Assembly: GCA_963727445.1 (NCBI GenBank)
Contig: CAVSGI010000003.1
Coordinates: forward strand, 1-64,000
DNA: 64,000 nt
Direction of reading: 5' to 3'
From: an uncultured delta proteobacterium
GTDB taxonomy: Bacteria > Myxococcota_A > Polyangia > Polyangiales > B10-G4
Shown here: positions 43,521 through 54,142 of the stretch, piece after piece
Layout: each line of letters opens with the position of its first letter
How positions within the stretch are numbered: position 1 is the stretch's first letter
Translations under genes and position numbers: made by a program
The notes under the pieces: generated by a model
What the model was told of the DNA's origin: nothing
Seen by the model: the letters and a program-made list of their open reading frames with translations, nothing else
Database searches by the model: none

Positions 43521-44633
43521 TCAATTCTCGGCGTTCGCCGGCGGCGCGATGGTCGGTGTGGTGTCGACCTTGAGCAGCGCGCTCAACGGGATGTGGAAGA
43601 GGTAGAGGGGGATGACCCCGGCCAGGGTGATCATCACCGCCTGCATGCTGTAGAGCAAAAAGACGTAGATGGAGCCCTGCTCGCCCAGCAGGGACTCGGC
43701 GAAGTAGAGCTGGAGCGCGAGTGATACGGCGAGCTGGAAGTTGCCGAAGAGCCCTGGCCCCGCCGGCAAGAGGATGCCGATGGCCAGGATCCCCATGATC
43801 GCCACCGCATGCCCGTAATGCATGGGAAGCCCGCACGCGACGCCGAGCAGCCACATCCCCGACGCGTTCGTGAGCCAGTAGATCGCCGTCTCCAGCATGA
43901 AGCCCGAAGCGAGGCGCACGTCCGCGATGGAGCGCACGCCGTCTGCCACCGAGCCGACCTTCGAGGAGAGCACGTCGGCGAAGCGGCGCGAAACGAGCCC
44001 CACCACCGCGGCGACGAGCTTGGTGGCGAGCGCGCGTTGCCACAGAAAGAGCCCCAGGGCGACGAAGGCGCTGCCGAAGACGGCCAAGGAGAGGTAGCCG
44101 TAGAACGGCAGCGCCACCGCCAGCTCGTCGTCGGAGGGCAGCCGCGGCAGGGCGAAGAGGGCCCACGCGACGCAGAGGCTGGTGAGCAGCCCGTCGATCA
44201 CGCGCTCGACGGCGATGGTGCCGAAGCCGGCGGAGATGCTGACGCCGTTGCGCATCTTGGTGAGCGCCGGCCGGGCCACCTCGCCCAGGCGCAGCGGCAG
44301 GGCGAAGATCGCGAAGAAGCCGATCCAGTTCAGCGCGATCACGTCCTTGAAGGGCACGTGCTTCACCGGACGCACCAGGAAGCGCCAGCGGCTGGCCCGG
44401 AAGAAGTGGGTCACGAAGAAGAGCGGCACGTAGAGCGCGACGAGACCCCAGCTGACCTCGGAGAAGGCCTCTCCGTTCGGGATCAGCGGAACGCCTCCGC
44501 GCGAGACGAGCCAGGCGAAGAGCGCCCCGAGGATCAGCGAGATGCCCAGCTTGGGAAGGATCTTCCTCAGGAAGCTCGGCTCGCTCTCCTCGTCCCGTCG
44601 GCTCCCCTCCTCGGCTGTGGCTTCGCTGCTCAA
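43521..44633 (-). CDS. Lysylphosphatidylglycerol-synthase-like TM (flippase-like) protein
   Basis: RASRWRFL, LPLRLGEVARP, TIAVERVID, LPAGPGLFG motifs. Confidence 0.85.
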   Translation of the reverse strand: MSSEATAEEGSRRDEESEPSFLRKILPKLGISLILGALFAWLVSRGGVPLIPNGEAFSEVSWGLVALYVPLFFVTHFFRASRWRFLVRPVKHVPFKDVIALNWIGFFAIFALPLRLGEVARPALTKMRNGVSISAGFGTIAVERVIDGLLTSLCVAWALFALPRLPSDDELAVALPFYGYLSLAVFGSAFVALGLFLWQRALATKLVAAVVGLVSRRFADVLSSKVGSVADGVRSIADVRLASGFMLETAIYWLTNASGMWLLGVACGLPMHYGHAVAIMGILAIGILLPAGPGLFGNFQLAVSLALQLYFAESLLGEQGSIYVFLLYSMQAVMITLAGVIPLYLFHIPLSALLKVDTTPTIAPPANAEN

Positions 44634-45350
44634 TCCACCCGTCCTTCGAGGATGCGCCTCGGGTTTTCGGCGAGGAGCTCCTCCGCCTCCTCCTCTCCCA
44701 CGAGCTTCTTCAGTCTGTCCACCGCTTCGTCGACCAACGCGAGAATCGCTCGGGCGGTGGGCGTCGGTGCAGGCGGCGTAATAGGTCCCCTCCTTCACCA
44801 TGCGCTCGGCGGCTTTTCGCGGGCGCCGCCCGTATTTCCCGGTGAGCGCCATCAGGTCCAGGAGCGGCAGCGCGCCCACGTCGAGGAGCGGGTCGAGCTC
44901 GTCGGTCTTCTTGAAGAGCGGGTGGTAGCGCTCGGGGTGGGCGATCACCGGACGGATCCCTTTCACCATCATCTCGAAGAAGCGCTGGGCCACGCCCATC
45001 GGGAACGCCCGCTCGGGGAACTCCACCAGCGCGCCGTGCCCGCCCGGGTACGGCAGCGCCTGCCCCGTCGTGAAGAGTCCCCAGACCACGTCGTCGAAGT
45101 GGTGCTCGGCGCCGAGGCCGAGCGTGGGAAGCTCGGGGTCGCCCTCGGCGCGCTCTCGGAACGCGTGGAAGGCGCGCTCGAGGCCGGGCTTGCGGTTTTC
45201 GAACATCGCGGTGCGGATGTGGGGCGTCGCCACCACCGTGTCCCAGCCGAGCTTCTTGAGCCCGCGCAACAGCGCGCGGCCCTCCTCTTCGGTCTTCACC
45301 CCGTCGTCGATGGCGGGGATGTAGTGGCTGTGCAGGTCGACGTAACCCAT
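44630..45350 (-). CDS. CpsB/CapC-type PHP tyrosine-protein phosphatase (frameshift near 3' end)
   Basis: VDLHSHYIPAIDDG, VATPH, VIAHPERY, TDAH. Confidence 0.88.
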
Positions 45351-46745
45351 CACTCGTCGTCGTCTTCGGGCGGGGGGACTGGGGCCGCGGGGGCCACCTC
45401 GTCGATGAGGTGTAGCAGCCGCTCGCGATCATTCAGCGAGGGATCGTCCGTGACCCGCTCGAGGAGGGTGTCGAGGACCTGGCCGATGATGGGGCCGGGC
45501 GGCACCCCGAGGCGATCCATCACATCCTTGCCCCCGACCGGGAGGTCCCGGGTGCTCAGCGCTTCACCCGCCGCCACCACGGCTTCGATCCGGTCCTTCA
45601 GCTCGGCGAGGGCGGCGAGCTCCGGGTCCACCGGGCGCCCCTTGCCGAGGGCGTCCGCCCGGCCGAGGGCCAACAGGCTCTCCACGTGCTCTTTGCCGAT
45701 GCGCCGCACGAAGCGCCTCACGGCGGCGTCGGACCACTCGGGCGAGTAGCAGAATCAGGTGGTGACGAACGAGGTGGACGATGTCGCTGCGCTCCTCGTT
45801 CGAGAAGCGATACTCGCGCAGCCAGCGGTCGGCCATCTTCGCGCCGACCCGCTCGTGATCGTAGAAGGTCCAGTCGTCGGTCTTGTCGGAGTGCGCGCGC
45901 GTCGCCGGCTTGCCCACGTCGTGCAGCAGGGCGGCGATGCGGAGGGTGGGCCCGCCTTCGCTCGCGTCGAGGGTCTCGAGCGTGTGGTTCCAGACGTCGT
46001 AGGCGTGCCACTTGTTCTGCTCGCAGCCCACCTGTTCGACGAGCTCGGGGAAGGTGATCTCGAGGATCCCGGTCTTGCGCATCACCTCGAAGGCGCGCGA
46101 GGGGCGACGCGCCTTCATCGTCTTCATCCACTCGTCGCGCACCCGCTCCTTGCTCACCTTCGCGAAGGTCCCGAGCTCCTGAGTGATCGCCTTTTCGGTG
46201 GCGGGATCGAGCTCGAGCTCGAGGGTCGCGACGAAGCGCGCGCCGCGCAGCACCCTCAGGCCGTCCTCGCCGAAGCGCTCGCGCGGATCGCCCACGGCGC
46301 GGAGGATCCCCGCCTCCATGTCCGCGACGCCGCCGAAGGGATCGACGGTCCGGTCGCTGACCGGATCGAAGGCGATGGCGTTGACCGTGAAGTCACGGCG
46401 CGCGAGGTCCTCTTCGATGTCGCGGACGAAGTAGACCTCGTCGGGGCGGCGCCCGTCGCTGTAGGCGCCCTCCCCCCGCAGCGTGGTGAGCTCGTAGCGC
46501 TCTCCCTTCCACAGCACCGTCACCGTGCCGTGCTGGATGCCGGTGGGGATCACCCGGCCGAAGACCTTCTTCACCTCCCCGGGGAGCGCGCTTGTCGCGA
46601 GGTCCCAGTCCGAGACCTCCTTTCCGCGGAGCAGGTCGCGGATGCAGCCCCCCACCACCCAGGTGCGGTGCCCGTGTTCCCCCAGCTTCTGGACGATCTC
46701 CACCACCGGCTCGGGGATTTGCCTCTGGCCGACCGTCGGTTTCAT
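45350..46745 (-). CDS. cca: CCA/CC-adding tRNA nucleotidyltransferase with HD domain (one frameshift)
   Basis: VVGGCIRDLL, DWDLAT, DLARRDFTVNA, EDGLRVLRGARF, LLHDVGKP, PGPIIG. Confidence 0.88.
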
Positions 46746-46758
46746 CGCCCGCCGTGCG

Positions 46759-49704
46759 TCAGCCGCCGCTCGAGGAGGAAGAGGGCTCGTCGCCGCCGCC
46801 GTCCGAGACATCCGACGCGTCCGAGACATCCGACGCGTCCGAGACGCCCGACGCGTCCGAGACGTCCGAGACGTCCGACGCGCCGCTCGCGCTCGAAGCG
46901 CCCGAGTGGGAAGCGGAGGACGAAGAAGACGACGACGAGCCGAAGTCCTCCTCCGCATCCGAAGCCTCGGCGGGCGGCCCCGAGACCATGGTCGGGCCCG
47001 CGTCGTCGTCGCCGAAGTCCGGCGGGACCTGATCCCGCATCCCCGCGCTGGGCCGCGTGGGCTCGCCGGGGAGCTCGGGCAGCTGCTCGTCGCTCTCGCG
47101 CAGCCGCGTGCGGATCTCGTCCGCCCGGCCGCGCATGCTCATCGCCTCGTGGGCGCGCACCGGATCGCTCTTCGACTCCGCGTCCGACTCGAGGAAGGTG
47201 GCGTAGCTGTCACAGGTGTTCGCGAGCTCGACGTCGTTGCCCAGCTCCTCGAAGATGCGCAGCGAGCGCTCGAAGCTCTCCTTGGCCAGGCGGTGGTCGT
47301 CGCCGCCCCACCCCGCCGCGGCGAGGATCTCCGCCTGGGTGCGCAGCGCCACGCCGAGGAATGGCTTGCCCCGCGACTGTTCGAAGAGCTCCACCGAGCG
47401 CCCGATGTACTCGCGGGCGAGCTTGATGTCGTGGATGAGCATGTGCGCCTTGGCGAGGCCGCGCAGGATCTCACCCTCGAGGATGGTGTCCCCGAGCGTC
47501 GCCGACAAATCCTCGGCCTGCTTGAGCACGGCGATGGCCTCGGTGGGTCGCTCGAGGCGATACTCGCTCTCGCCGAGATTGGTGAGGATCACCGCCTGGC
47601 GCATGCGGTCGCCGACCTGGCTCGCGACCGCGAGCGCGTCGCGGTAGAGCTCGACGGCCCGGTCGTGCTCGCCGTTGTCCTGGTGGATGGTGCCGAGGTT
47701 GTTGAGGGTCTGCGCGATGCCGGGCTTGTCCCCGATCTGCTCGCGCAGGCTGAGGGCTTCTTGAAAGGCTGCTTGCGCCTCGGAGAAGCGGCCACTGTCC
47801 TGGTAGACGAGGCCGAGGTTGTTGTGGCTGAGCGCGATGGAGCGCGCATCGCCGAGCGCGCTTCGCACGTCGAGAGCCTGACGCATGAAGCGCTCCGCCG
47901 CCTCGTAGTTGCCGCGCATCCAGTGGACCTTGCCCACGTCGTCGAGTGACGAAGCCACGCCGCGAACGTCGCCCGCCGCCTCGAAGAGCGCGTGCCCCGT
48001 GCCGAGATGACGCATCGCCTGCTCGAGCTGCCCGATGGCGCGATAGACGCGGCCGATGCGGTTGTGGGCGGCCCCACCCTTGGCCTTGAGGTCGAGCCGA
48101 AAGGCGATCTCCAGCATCTTCTCGAAGGCGGCGCGTGCGCGCTCGTTGTCGCCGGAGAGCTGCAGGACGTCGCCCCAGTGATGGAGCGCGTCGAGGCGCT
48201 GCACCACGTCCGAATCGCCGAGCAGGTCGAGGCCGCGCTCGTAGTATTCGGCCGCCTTCATGTTGGCGTAGCGGGCGCGCGCGGTATCGCCGGCGAGGAT
48301 GTAGTACATGCCGGCGCGCCGCGGTGAGCCCCCATCCTCGTAGTGCTGCGCCAGCATCTCGCACTGCTCTTCGGCGCGGTCGGCGAAGCGGAACTCGAGC
48401 CACTCGGCGACGACCTGATGAAAGCGCCGGCTCTCGGTGCGGTTGGTGAGGCGGTGCAGGGTCTCGCGCTCGAGGTTGTGCTTGAAGGCGAACTCCACCT
48501 CGCCCGGGATGGACGAGTCGGGGATCTCGAGGATGTAGTCGCGGTCGCAGAGGCTCACCAGCATGTCCGCCAGGTGCGACACCATGCTCTCGTGTCCGCC
48601 CCAGAGCTTCGGGGCGTCCTCCTTGATGCGCATCATCGCGATGATGGCGCCGAGCCAGAAGAGCCCGCCCATGGTCGAGGCCATCTCCAAGAGACGCCGC
48701 TCGGCGGGCGCCAGCGCGCTGATGCGCGCGCTGATCGCCTCCTCGACGGAGAGGGGGAGCTCGGCGCTCTCGAGCTTGTCGAGATCGACCTTCCAGGTGC
48801 CGTCCTTCTGCGCTTCGAGGGTGCCGTTGTCGTGGAAGCAGCGGACCATCTGCTCGAGCAGGTATGGGCTGCCGCCGGCCATGTCGACGGCGGCGTCGAC
48901 GAGCTCGTCGGGTGGATCCCCGGTGGGCTCGAGGAGGTTCATCATGAGGCTCGCCGCGTCGTCGGGCGCCAGCGGCGAGAGCTCGAGCTTGTGGTGCCTC
49001 TCGCCGCCCGCCTTCATCCAGTCGGACTGCTTGGCGATGAGCTCGGGCCGCGCGACGGTCACCAGGAGGATCGGCGCGTCGGTGAGCGAGGTGAGCAGGT
49101 ACTGCAGGAGCTCGAGCGTGTCGCTGGGCGCCCAGTGCAGGTCCTCGAAGGTGAGCACCAGGGGATGCGCCTGCGCGTCCACCTCGAAGAAACGCCGGAG
49201 CACGGCGCGGCTCACCAGACGGAACTGCTCCGGGTCCTCCTCCACCGCCTTGATGAAGGGAGACTCCGGGTACTCGAGGTCGAGGAAGGCGCCGAGGAAG
49301 TGGAGGAACTCGGTGACGCGCTTGTCGCCGAGCGCCTCGGAGACGGCGGTGCGGAAGGTCTCGCGGGTCTGCTCGGCGGGGGCGCCTTCGATGATGCCGA
49401 AGCGGGCGCGCAGGATGCGCTGAATGACGCCGAAGGCCGGCCCGTTCTCGCGACAGATGCCGCGGTAGATGCGAACCCGACGCTCGCGCGACCGAACCCT
49501 CTGAAGAAACGCGGTGAGCAGGCGCGACTTGCCGATGCCGGGGCTGCCGATGACGGTGATGGCCTGCGGCTGCTTGGTCGACAGCGCCTTCGCCAGGGCC
49601 TCCTCGAGCTCGCGCAGCTCGGGCCCGCGCCCGATCAGGGGTGCACGCTGGCTGTTGGGGACGCCAGGGATGGGATGGGGGCCGGTCTGGCCTGTATTGC
49701 TCAT
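46759..49704 (-). CDS. STAND-class AAA ATPase with TPR array, no N-terminal effector
   Basis: LIGRGPEL, Walker A GSPGIGKS, Walker B LVLTFEDLHWA, GSPYLLEQ, FAFKHNL, many TPRs (NNLG), Ser/Asp tail. Confidence 0.85.
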   Translation of the reverse strand: MSNTGQTGPHPIPGVPNSQRAPLIGRGPELRELEEALAKALSTKQPQAITVIGSPGIGKSRLLTAFLQRVRSRERRVRIYRGICRENGPAFGVIQRILRARFGIIEGAPAEQTRETFRTAVSEALGDKRVTEFLHFLGAFLDLEYPESPFIKAVEEDPEQFRLVSRAVLRRFFEVDAQAHPLVLTFEDLHWAPSDTLELLQYLLTSLTDAPILLVTVARPELIAKQSDWMKAGGERHHKLELSPLAPDDAASLMMNLLEPTGDPPDELVDAAVDMAGGSPYLLEQMVRCFHDNGTLEAQKDGTWKVDLDKLESAELPLSVEEAISARISALAPAERRLLEMASTMGGLFWLGAIIAMMRIKEDAPKLWGGHESMVSHLADMLVSLCDRDYILEIPDSSIPGEVEFAFKHNLERETLHRLTNRTESRRFHQVVAEWLEFRFADRAEEQCEMLAQHYEDGGSPRRAGMYYILAGDTARARYANMKAAEYYERGLDLLGDSDVVQRLDALHHWGDVLQLSGDNERARAAFEKMLEIAFRLDLKAKGGAAHNRIGRVYRAIGQLEQAMRHLGTGHALFEAAGDVRGVASSLDDVGKVHWMRGNYEAAERFMRQALDVRSALGDARSIALSHNNLGLVYQDSGRFSEAQAAFQEALSLREQIGDKPGIAQTLNNLGTIHQDNGEHDRAVELYRDALAVASQVGDRMRQAVILTNLGESEYRLERPTEAIAVLKQAEDLSATLGDTILEGEILRGLAKAHMLIHDIKLAREYIGRSVELFEQSRGKPFLGVALRTQAEILAAAGWGGDDHRLAKESFERSLRIFEELGNDVELANTCDSYATFLESDAESKSDPVRAHEAMSMRGRADEIRTRLRESDEQLPELPGEPTRPSAGMRDQVPPDFGDDDAGPTMVSGPPAEASDAEEDFGSSSSSSSSASHSGASSASGASDVSDVSDASGVSDASDVSDASDVSDGGGDEPSSSSSGG

Positions 49705-49914
49705 GTGTTTTCCCGCCGAAACGGCCGGTATCCCACCTGCCCCTACATGGGCAAGCACCGAGTGTGAGAAGACCCCGGAAGTCTACTCACCCCCCACCCG
49801 CGCGCCATCGAATGCCACTCGGTCGTACCACAGGGACAGCCAAGGGAGTCAGGCGGAGAGGTCGGTCCCCACCGCTGGCGCGGCCGCCATCATCCCTTGT
49901 ATAAGACCCCCCTC

Positions 49915-50193
49915 ATGTATCTCGGCCGCGTCATCGGGACCTGCGTCGCCAGCCGCAAATACGAGGGGCTCGAGGGGGTGAAGCTCCTCGTGGTGCAGCC
50001 TCTCGACCGGCAGCGTCAGCCCAAGGGAGAGCCGCAGATCGCGTGCGACACGGCGAAGGCCGGGCCCGACGACCTGGTCTTCCTAGTCGGGGCGCGCGAG
50101 GCCTCCCACGCCCTCGAGGAGGCCTTCGTGCCGGTGGACGCGGCCATCGTCGGCATCGTCGACGACCTTCAGCAGATCGAAGAGGCGATGTGA
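49915..50193 (+). CDS. EutN/CcmL-family microcompartment pentamer (BMC-P)
   Basis: MYLGRVIGTCVASRK...LLVVQP...ACD...AGPDDLV...PVDAAIVGIVD. Confidence 0.93.
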   Translation: MYLGRVIGTCVASRKYEGLEGVKLLVVQPLDRQRQPKGEPQIACDTAKAGPDDLVFLVGAREASHALEEAFVPVDAAIVGIVDDLQQIEEAM

Positions 50194-50468
50194 AGCTGGC
50201 GCGCGTCATCGGCACGCTGGTCGCCACGGAGAAGCACGTCGCCTACGAGGGGCACAAGGTGATGTGGTGCCAGCCACTCGACGACAACCGCGAGGAGACG
50301 GGCGACGCCTTCTTCGCCGTGGACCGCGCCCAGGCGGGCATGGGCGACACCGTCCTCGTCAATCAAGAGGGCAACGGCGCGCGCCAGCTCCTCGGCACCA
50401 TCGACGGCAAGCTCCCCATCCGTAGCGTGATCGTCGGCATCGTCGACGCCATCGAAGTCGAAGGATGA
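50190..50468 (+). CDS. EutN/CcmL-family microcompartment pentamer (BMC-P), second copy
   Basis: MKLARVIGTLVATEK...AVDRAQAGMGDTVLV...EGNGAR...PIRSVIVGIVD. Confidence 0.93.
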   Translation: MKLARVIGTLVATEKHVAYEGHKVMWCQPLDDNREETGDAFFAVDRAQAGMGDTVLVNQEGNGARQLLGTIDGKLPIRSVIVGIVDAIEVEG

Positions 50469-51127
50469 GCAAGAAGACCGAGCATCAGCTGCGGCGCGAG
50501 GTCGCCGACGCGTCGGCCATCCTCTGGGAGCGCGGCTGGGTCGCGAACCACGACGGCAACGTCTCCGCGCTCGCCGCCCCCGGCCGCGTCGTGGCCACGC
50601 CCACGTCCTTCTCGAAGCGCCTGTGCAGCGCCGATCAGCTCATCGTCGTCGACGAGGAGCGCCGCGTGGTGCGCGGGCGCAACCGCCCCTTCAGCGAGAT
50701 CGGGCTGCACTTCCTCGTCTACCGGCTGCGCCCCGACGTGGGCGCGGTGGTGCACGCCCACGCGCCCTACACCACCGCACGCGCCTGCGCGGGCCGACCG
50801 CTGCCCTGCTTTCTACCGGAGAGCGTGGTGAGCCTCGGGCGCGAGGTGCCGCTGGTGCCCATCGCTCCGCCGGGCGCGGCGGCCGAGAAGGTGATGGGCC
50901 CGTACGTCGATCCCTACGACGTGGTCCTCCTCGAACAGCACGGCATCATCGCCTGGGGCGATGACGTCGAGCAGGCGCTCTTGCGCCTCGAGCTCGCCGA
51001 GCACCTCGCGAAGATCGCCCATCTCGCCGAGGCCCACGGCGGCGTCAAGGCGCTGCCCGACGAGATGGTCCGGACCCTCCTCGACAAGCGCACCAAGGCC
51101 GGCCTCGGGCCCGAGAGCCGCGCCTGA
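50465..51127 (+). CDS. Class II aldolase/adducin family (FucA-like)
   Basis: DGNVS, TPT, SEIGLH, VVHAHAP, LLEQHG Zn-ligand motifs. Confidence 0.9.
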   Translation: MSKKTEHQLRREVADASAILWERGWVANHDGNVSALAAPGRVVATPTSFSKRLCSADQLIVVDEERRVVRGRNRPFSEIGLHFLVYRLRPDVGAVVHAHAPYTTARACAGRPLPCFLPESVVSLGREVPLVPIAPPGAAAEKVMGPYVDPYDVVLLEQHGIIAWGDDVEQALLRLELAEHLAKIAHLAEAHGGVKALPDEMVRTLLDKRTKAGLGPESRA

Positions 51128-51172
51128 ACCGGCGCGCTGGCCTCCGGCGTCCACGCGAGTAACCTCCCCAAC

Positions 51173-52110
51173 GTGGGTCACGGACACGGCCATGGGCACG
51201 GTCACGGGGAGCCTCGCGTGGCGGACGGCAGCGCGCGCTCCTCGCGCCGCCGCCTGTCCATCGTGCTGAGCCTCACCGCTGGCTTCATGGGCGTCGAGGT
51301 CGCGGTGGGCTTCTGGTCGGGCAGCCTGGCCCTGCTCGCGGACGCCGGTCACATGTTCGCCGACTCGGGCGCGCTGGCCCTCGCCCTCACGGTTTCGTTC
51401 ATCGCCGAGCGCCCGCCGGACGACGCGCGCACCTACGGCTACCGCCGGGCCGAGGTGCTGGGCGCGCTGGCGAACGCCACCGGGCTCCTGCTCATCGTGG
51501 CGATGATCGTCCACGAAGCGGTCGGCCGGCTCGCGGCCCCGCCGGAGCTTCGGGCGAACGGGCTCATCGCTACCGCGGCCGCAGGTCTCGTCGTGAACGC
51601 CATCGCCGCCGCGATCCTCTTTCGCGGCGCGCGCGGCGACCTCAACGTCAAAGCCGCGCTCTACCACGTGATCGGTGACGCCCTCGGCTCGGTCGCGGCG
51701 GTGATCGCCGGCATCCTCGTCCTCTCCCTCGATCTGACCATCGCCGACCCCATCGCGTCGCTGGTGATCGCGGCGTTGATCCTCTTCGGGGCCATTCGGC
51801 TCCTGCGCGAAACCGCCCACGTCCTGATGGAGGGCGCGCCGAGCGGCATCGACGTCGAGCACGTGCGCCGCACCATCGCCGAGACCGACGGGGTCGCAGA
51901 GGTGCACGACCTCCACGTCTGGTGCCTCTCGCCTGCGCACCCGATGGTCTCGCGCACGTCACCCTCGCGCCCGGCCATCACGGCGTCGAGGTGAGTCACC
52001 GCGTCGGGGAGCGGCTCCACGCCGAGTACGGCCTCGACCACGTCACCATCCAGCCCGAAGCCCCGCCCCCGAGCGGCCAGCTGGTCGAGCTGCGAACGCA
52101 CCCCGAGTGA
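51173..52110 (+). CDS. Cation diffusion facilitator (CzcD/ZitB-like; frameshift near 3' end)
   Basis: His-rich N-terminus (GH)n, SLALLADAGHMFAD, TYGYRRAE, HVIGD, VHDLHVW, HVTIQPE. Confidence 0.92.
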
Positions 52111-52117
52111 GCCGGGC

Positions 52118-53954
52118 TCACTGCACGCCGGTCATGCGCTGAAAGGTCGCGCCCCGGTCGGTGCTCTCCACGACGCGGAGGTCGGCGCCTTCCTGCGCGA
52201 CGACGAGGACGCGCCCGTTCTCTTCGGCCAGGCGCGGAACGCCGCAGAAGCCTTCGCCATCGTCGAAGCAGGCGGCGATGATCCGCGCGTCGGTCGGCGT
52301 CTCTCCGAAGGTGCGCGCCAGGACCGGATCGTTCTGTGCTTCGTTGGTCCACGCCACGATCGTGCTGCCCTCGCTCCGGACCATCCCGAAGCCCGCCGCA
52401 AGAGGCGCCACTGGCGTGGCCCCTTCGCAGGGGCCGTTTGTGCGGCAGGCGATGATTCGAGCCGCCCCTCCTGGTGGTGCACCGCGAGGGTGGCCCCGGC
52501 TTCGTCGCAGGCGAGACGCACCCGATCACGCGACGGGCGTCGCGGATTCGAAGGGGGGCGCGCCGAGCGTGAAGTCGTGACGGTGTTCGGTGACGGGCCC
52601 CGACTCCCCGACCTCCACGATCATCACCCCCGTCCCGGTGCCCAGCGCGAAGAAGGCGCCGTCCTCGCACGCCGCGATGAAGGGCGCGCCCCCTTCGAGC
52701 TCGGCGAGGTGCGTCGCCTCCCCTTCCACTCCCCGCGAGTAGAAGCGCGTCACGTTCGTCTCGTCCGTCACCGAGTAGACGACGCGGCCCGAGGGGAGCA
52801 GCAGCACGTCGTCCTCTGCGCCGACCCCTTCGAGGACGATGCGCCGCTCGGGGGCGAGCATGGAGGGAGTGGCGTCCGTCTCCGTCTCCGAGTTCCGTCT
52901 CTGCCCCCGGATCCGTCTCCGTCTCCGAGCCCGTCTCCGTCTCCTGCGGCAGCACGAACCACCGCAGCTCCGCCCCCTGCCCCTCCGCGCCCACCGCCAC
53001 CATCCACACGTCGTGGGCGGTGGCGCGCAGCGACCGGTCGATGCGTCCGCGGGGATGGCCGCTCAACCAGATGGGCTCGGTCGCGCCTTCGCCGAAGATC
53101 CACCGGGACAGGCCGGTGCTGCGTCGAGCGCAGCGATGGGGATCGGTGGGGCAGAGCTCGGGGTTCGTGGCGTGGACCAGGATCGGGTCGTCGTCCGGCC
53201 CGTCGATCATCGCCCGCACCGTGCCGGGGCGGCGGATGCGGCCGGCGCGAGAGCGACCGCCGAGGGATTGGGTGCGGCTCAGGCCGCGAGCGTCCACCGC
53301 CCGAACGCGGATGCCGTCTCCGAGCGCGCGCACGTCGATCACCGCATCGGCCGCGGTGGTGAGAGGCACCCGCGCTGGGTCCGGCAGGCCGACGGCCGAG
53401 AGAGTGATCACCTCGTCCTCGATGGGGGTGCGGGGATCGATCTCACGCGCCAGGTCCGCCAGGCTGCCCGCCACGCGCCCCACCGCCGCCAGAGGCTCGA
53501 CGGGGACCCGTCCTTCGCTGCGCCCCGAGCGACGCTCGCGGCCCAGCGTCTCCAGCGCCGCGTCGGCGAGCTCGGCCACCTGGCGCACCCGCTCCTCCGC
53601 GCCTTTGACCCCCGGGTAGAGCAGAAAGGGCTCGCCGTCGATGAGCGAGCCGAGCAGCGGGCGGCAGCGCTCCGGCCACGCTTCGTCGGCGTTCAGGTAG
53701 TGGCTCGCATAGGCCAGCCGATCCCCGGCGGGGAGCGCCAGCCCGGCTTCTCCGGTGGCTTCGCCGCCGTAGAAGCAGGCTGCGAAGCTGCCGAAAGCCC
53801 GACGGGAGTCCCGCCCGCGCATCTCGCCCCGGACGTAGGGCCAGCCGATCAACAGCGCGAACAGCGCGATGTGGAGGGCGAAGCCCACGATCCAGATCGT
53901 CTTTCGACGGGCTCGCCCGCGGACGAACTCCGGATCGTCCCAATTCGCATCCAC
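52118..53954 (-). CDS. Hypothetical membrane-anchored protein (several frameshifts)
   Basis: N-terminal TM, then Cys-containing beta-rich segments continued in ORFs 52526-52861 and 52118-52411 (ESTDRGATF Asp-box-like). Confidence 0.55.
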
Positions 53955-54142
53955 CGGGGGGAATCTAGAGCACTCGTCCTTTCGTCAACACGAATGCATT
54001 ACAAAAACGTCAGGAACACAGGTGGCCCGAGAGGTGTCCACGGTTGGAGCGCGGACCGAGATGCGCTCTAGCGGCCCCGGAGACGGGACCCTATACTCCC
54101 CACTGCCTCGGAAACGCGGACAAAGGACCGAAAGCCCACCGA

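Noticed and set aside
43521..45353. Apparent fusion of PHP phosphatase and LPG-synthase-like domain (610 aa)
   Set aside because: A frameshift near 44745 joins two genes that otherwise overlap at TTGA (44630-44633).
51050..51127. BMC encapsulation peptide at the aldolase C-terminus
   Set aside because: The helix LPDEMVRTLLDKR follows the catalytic domain without a linker and resembles the normal FucA-family terminal helix.
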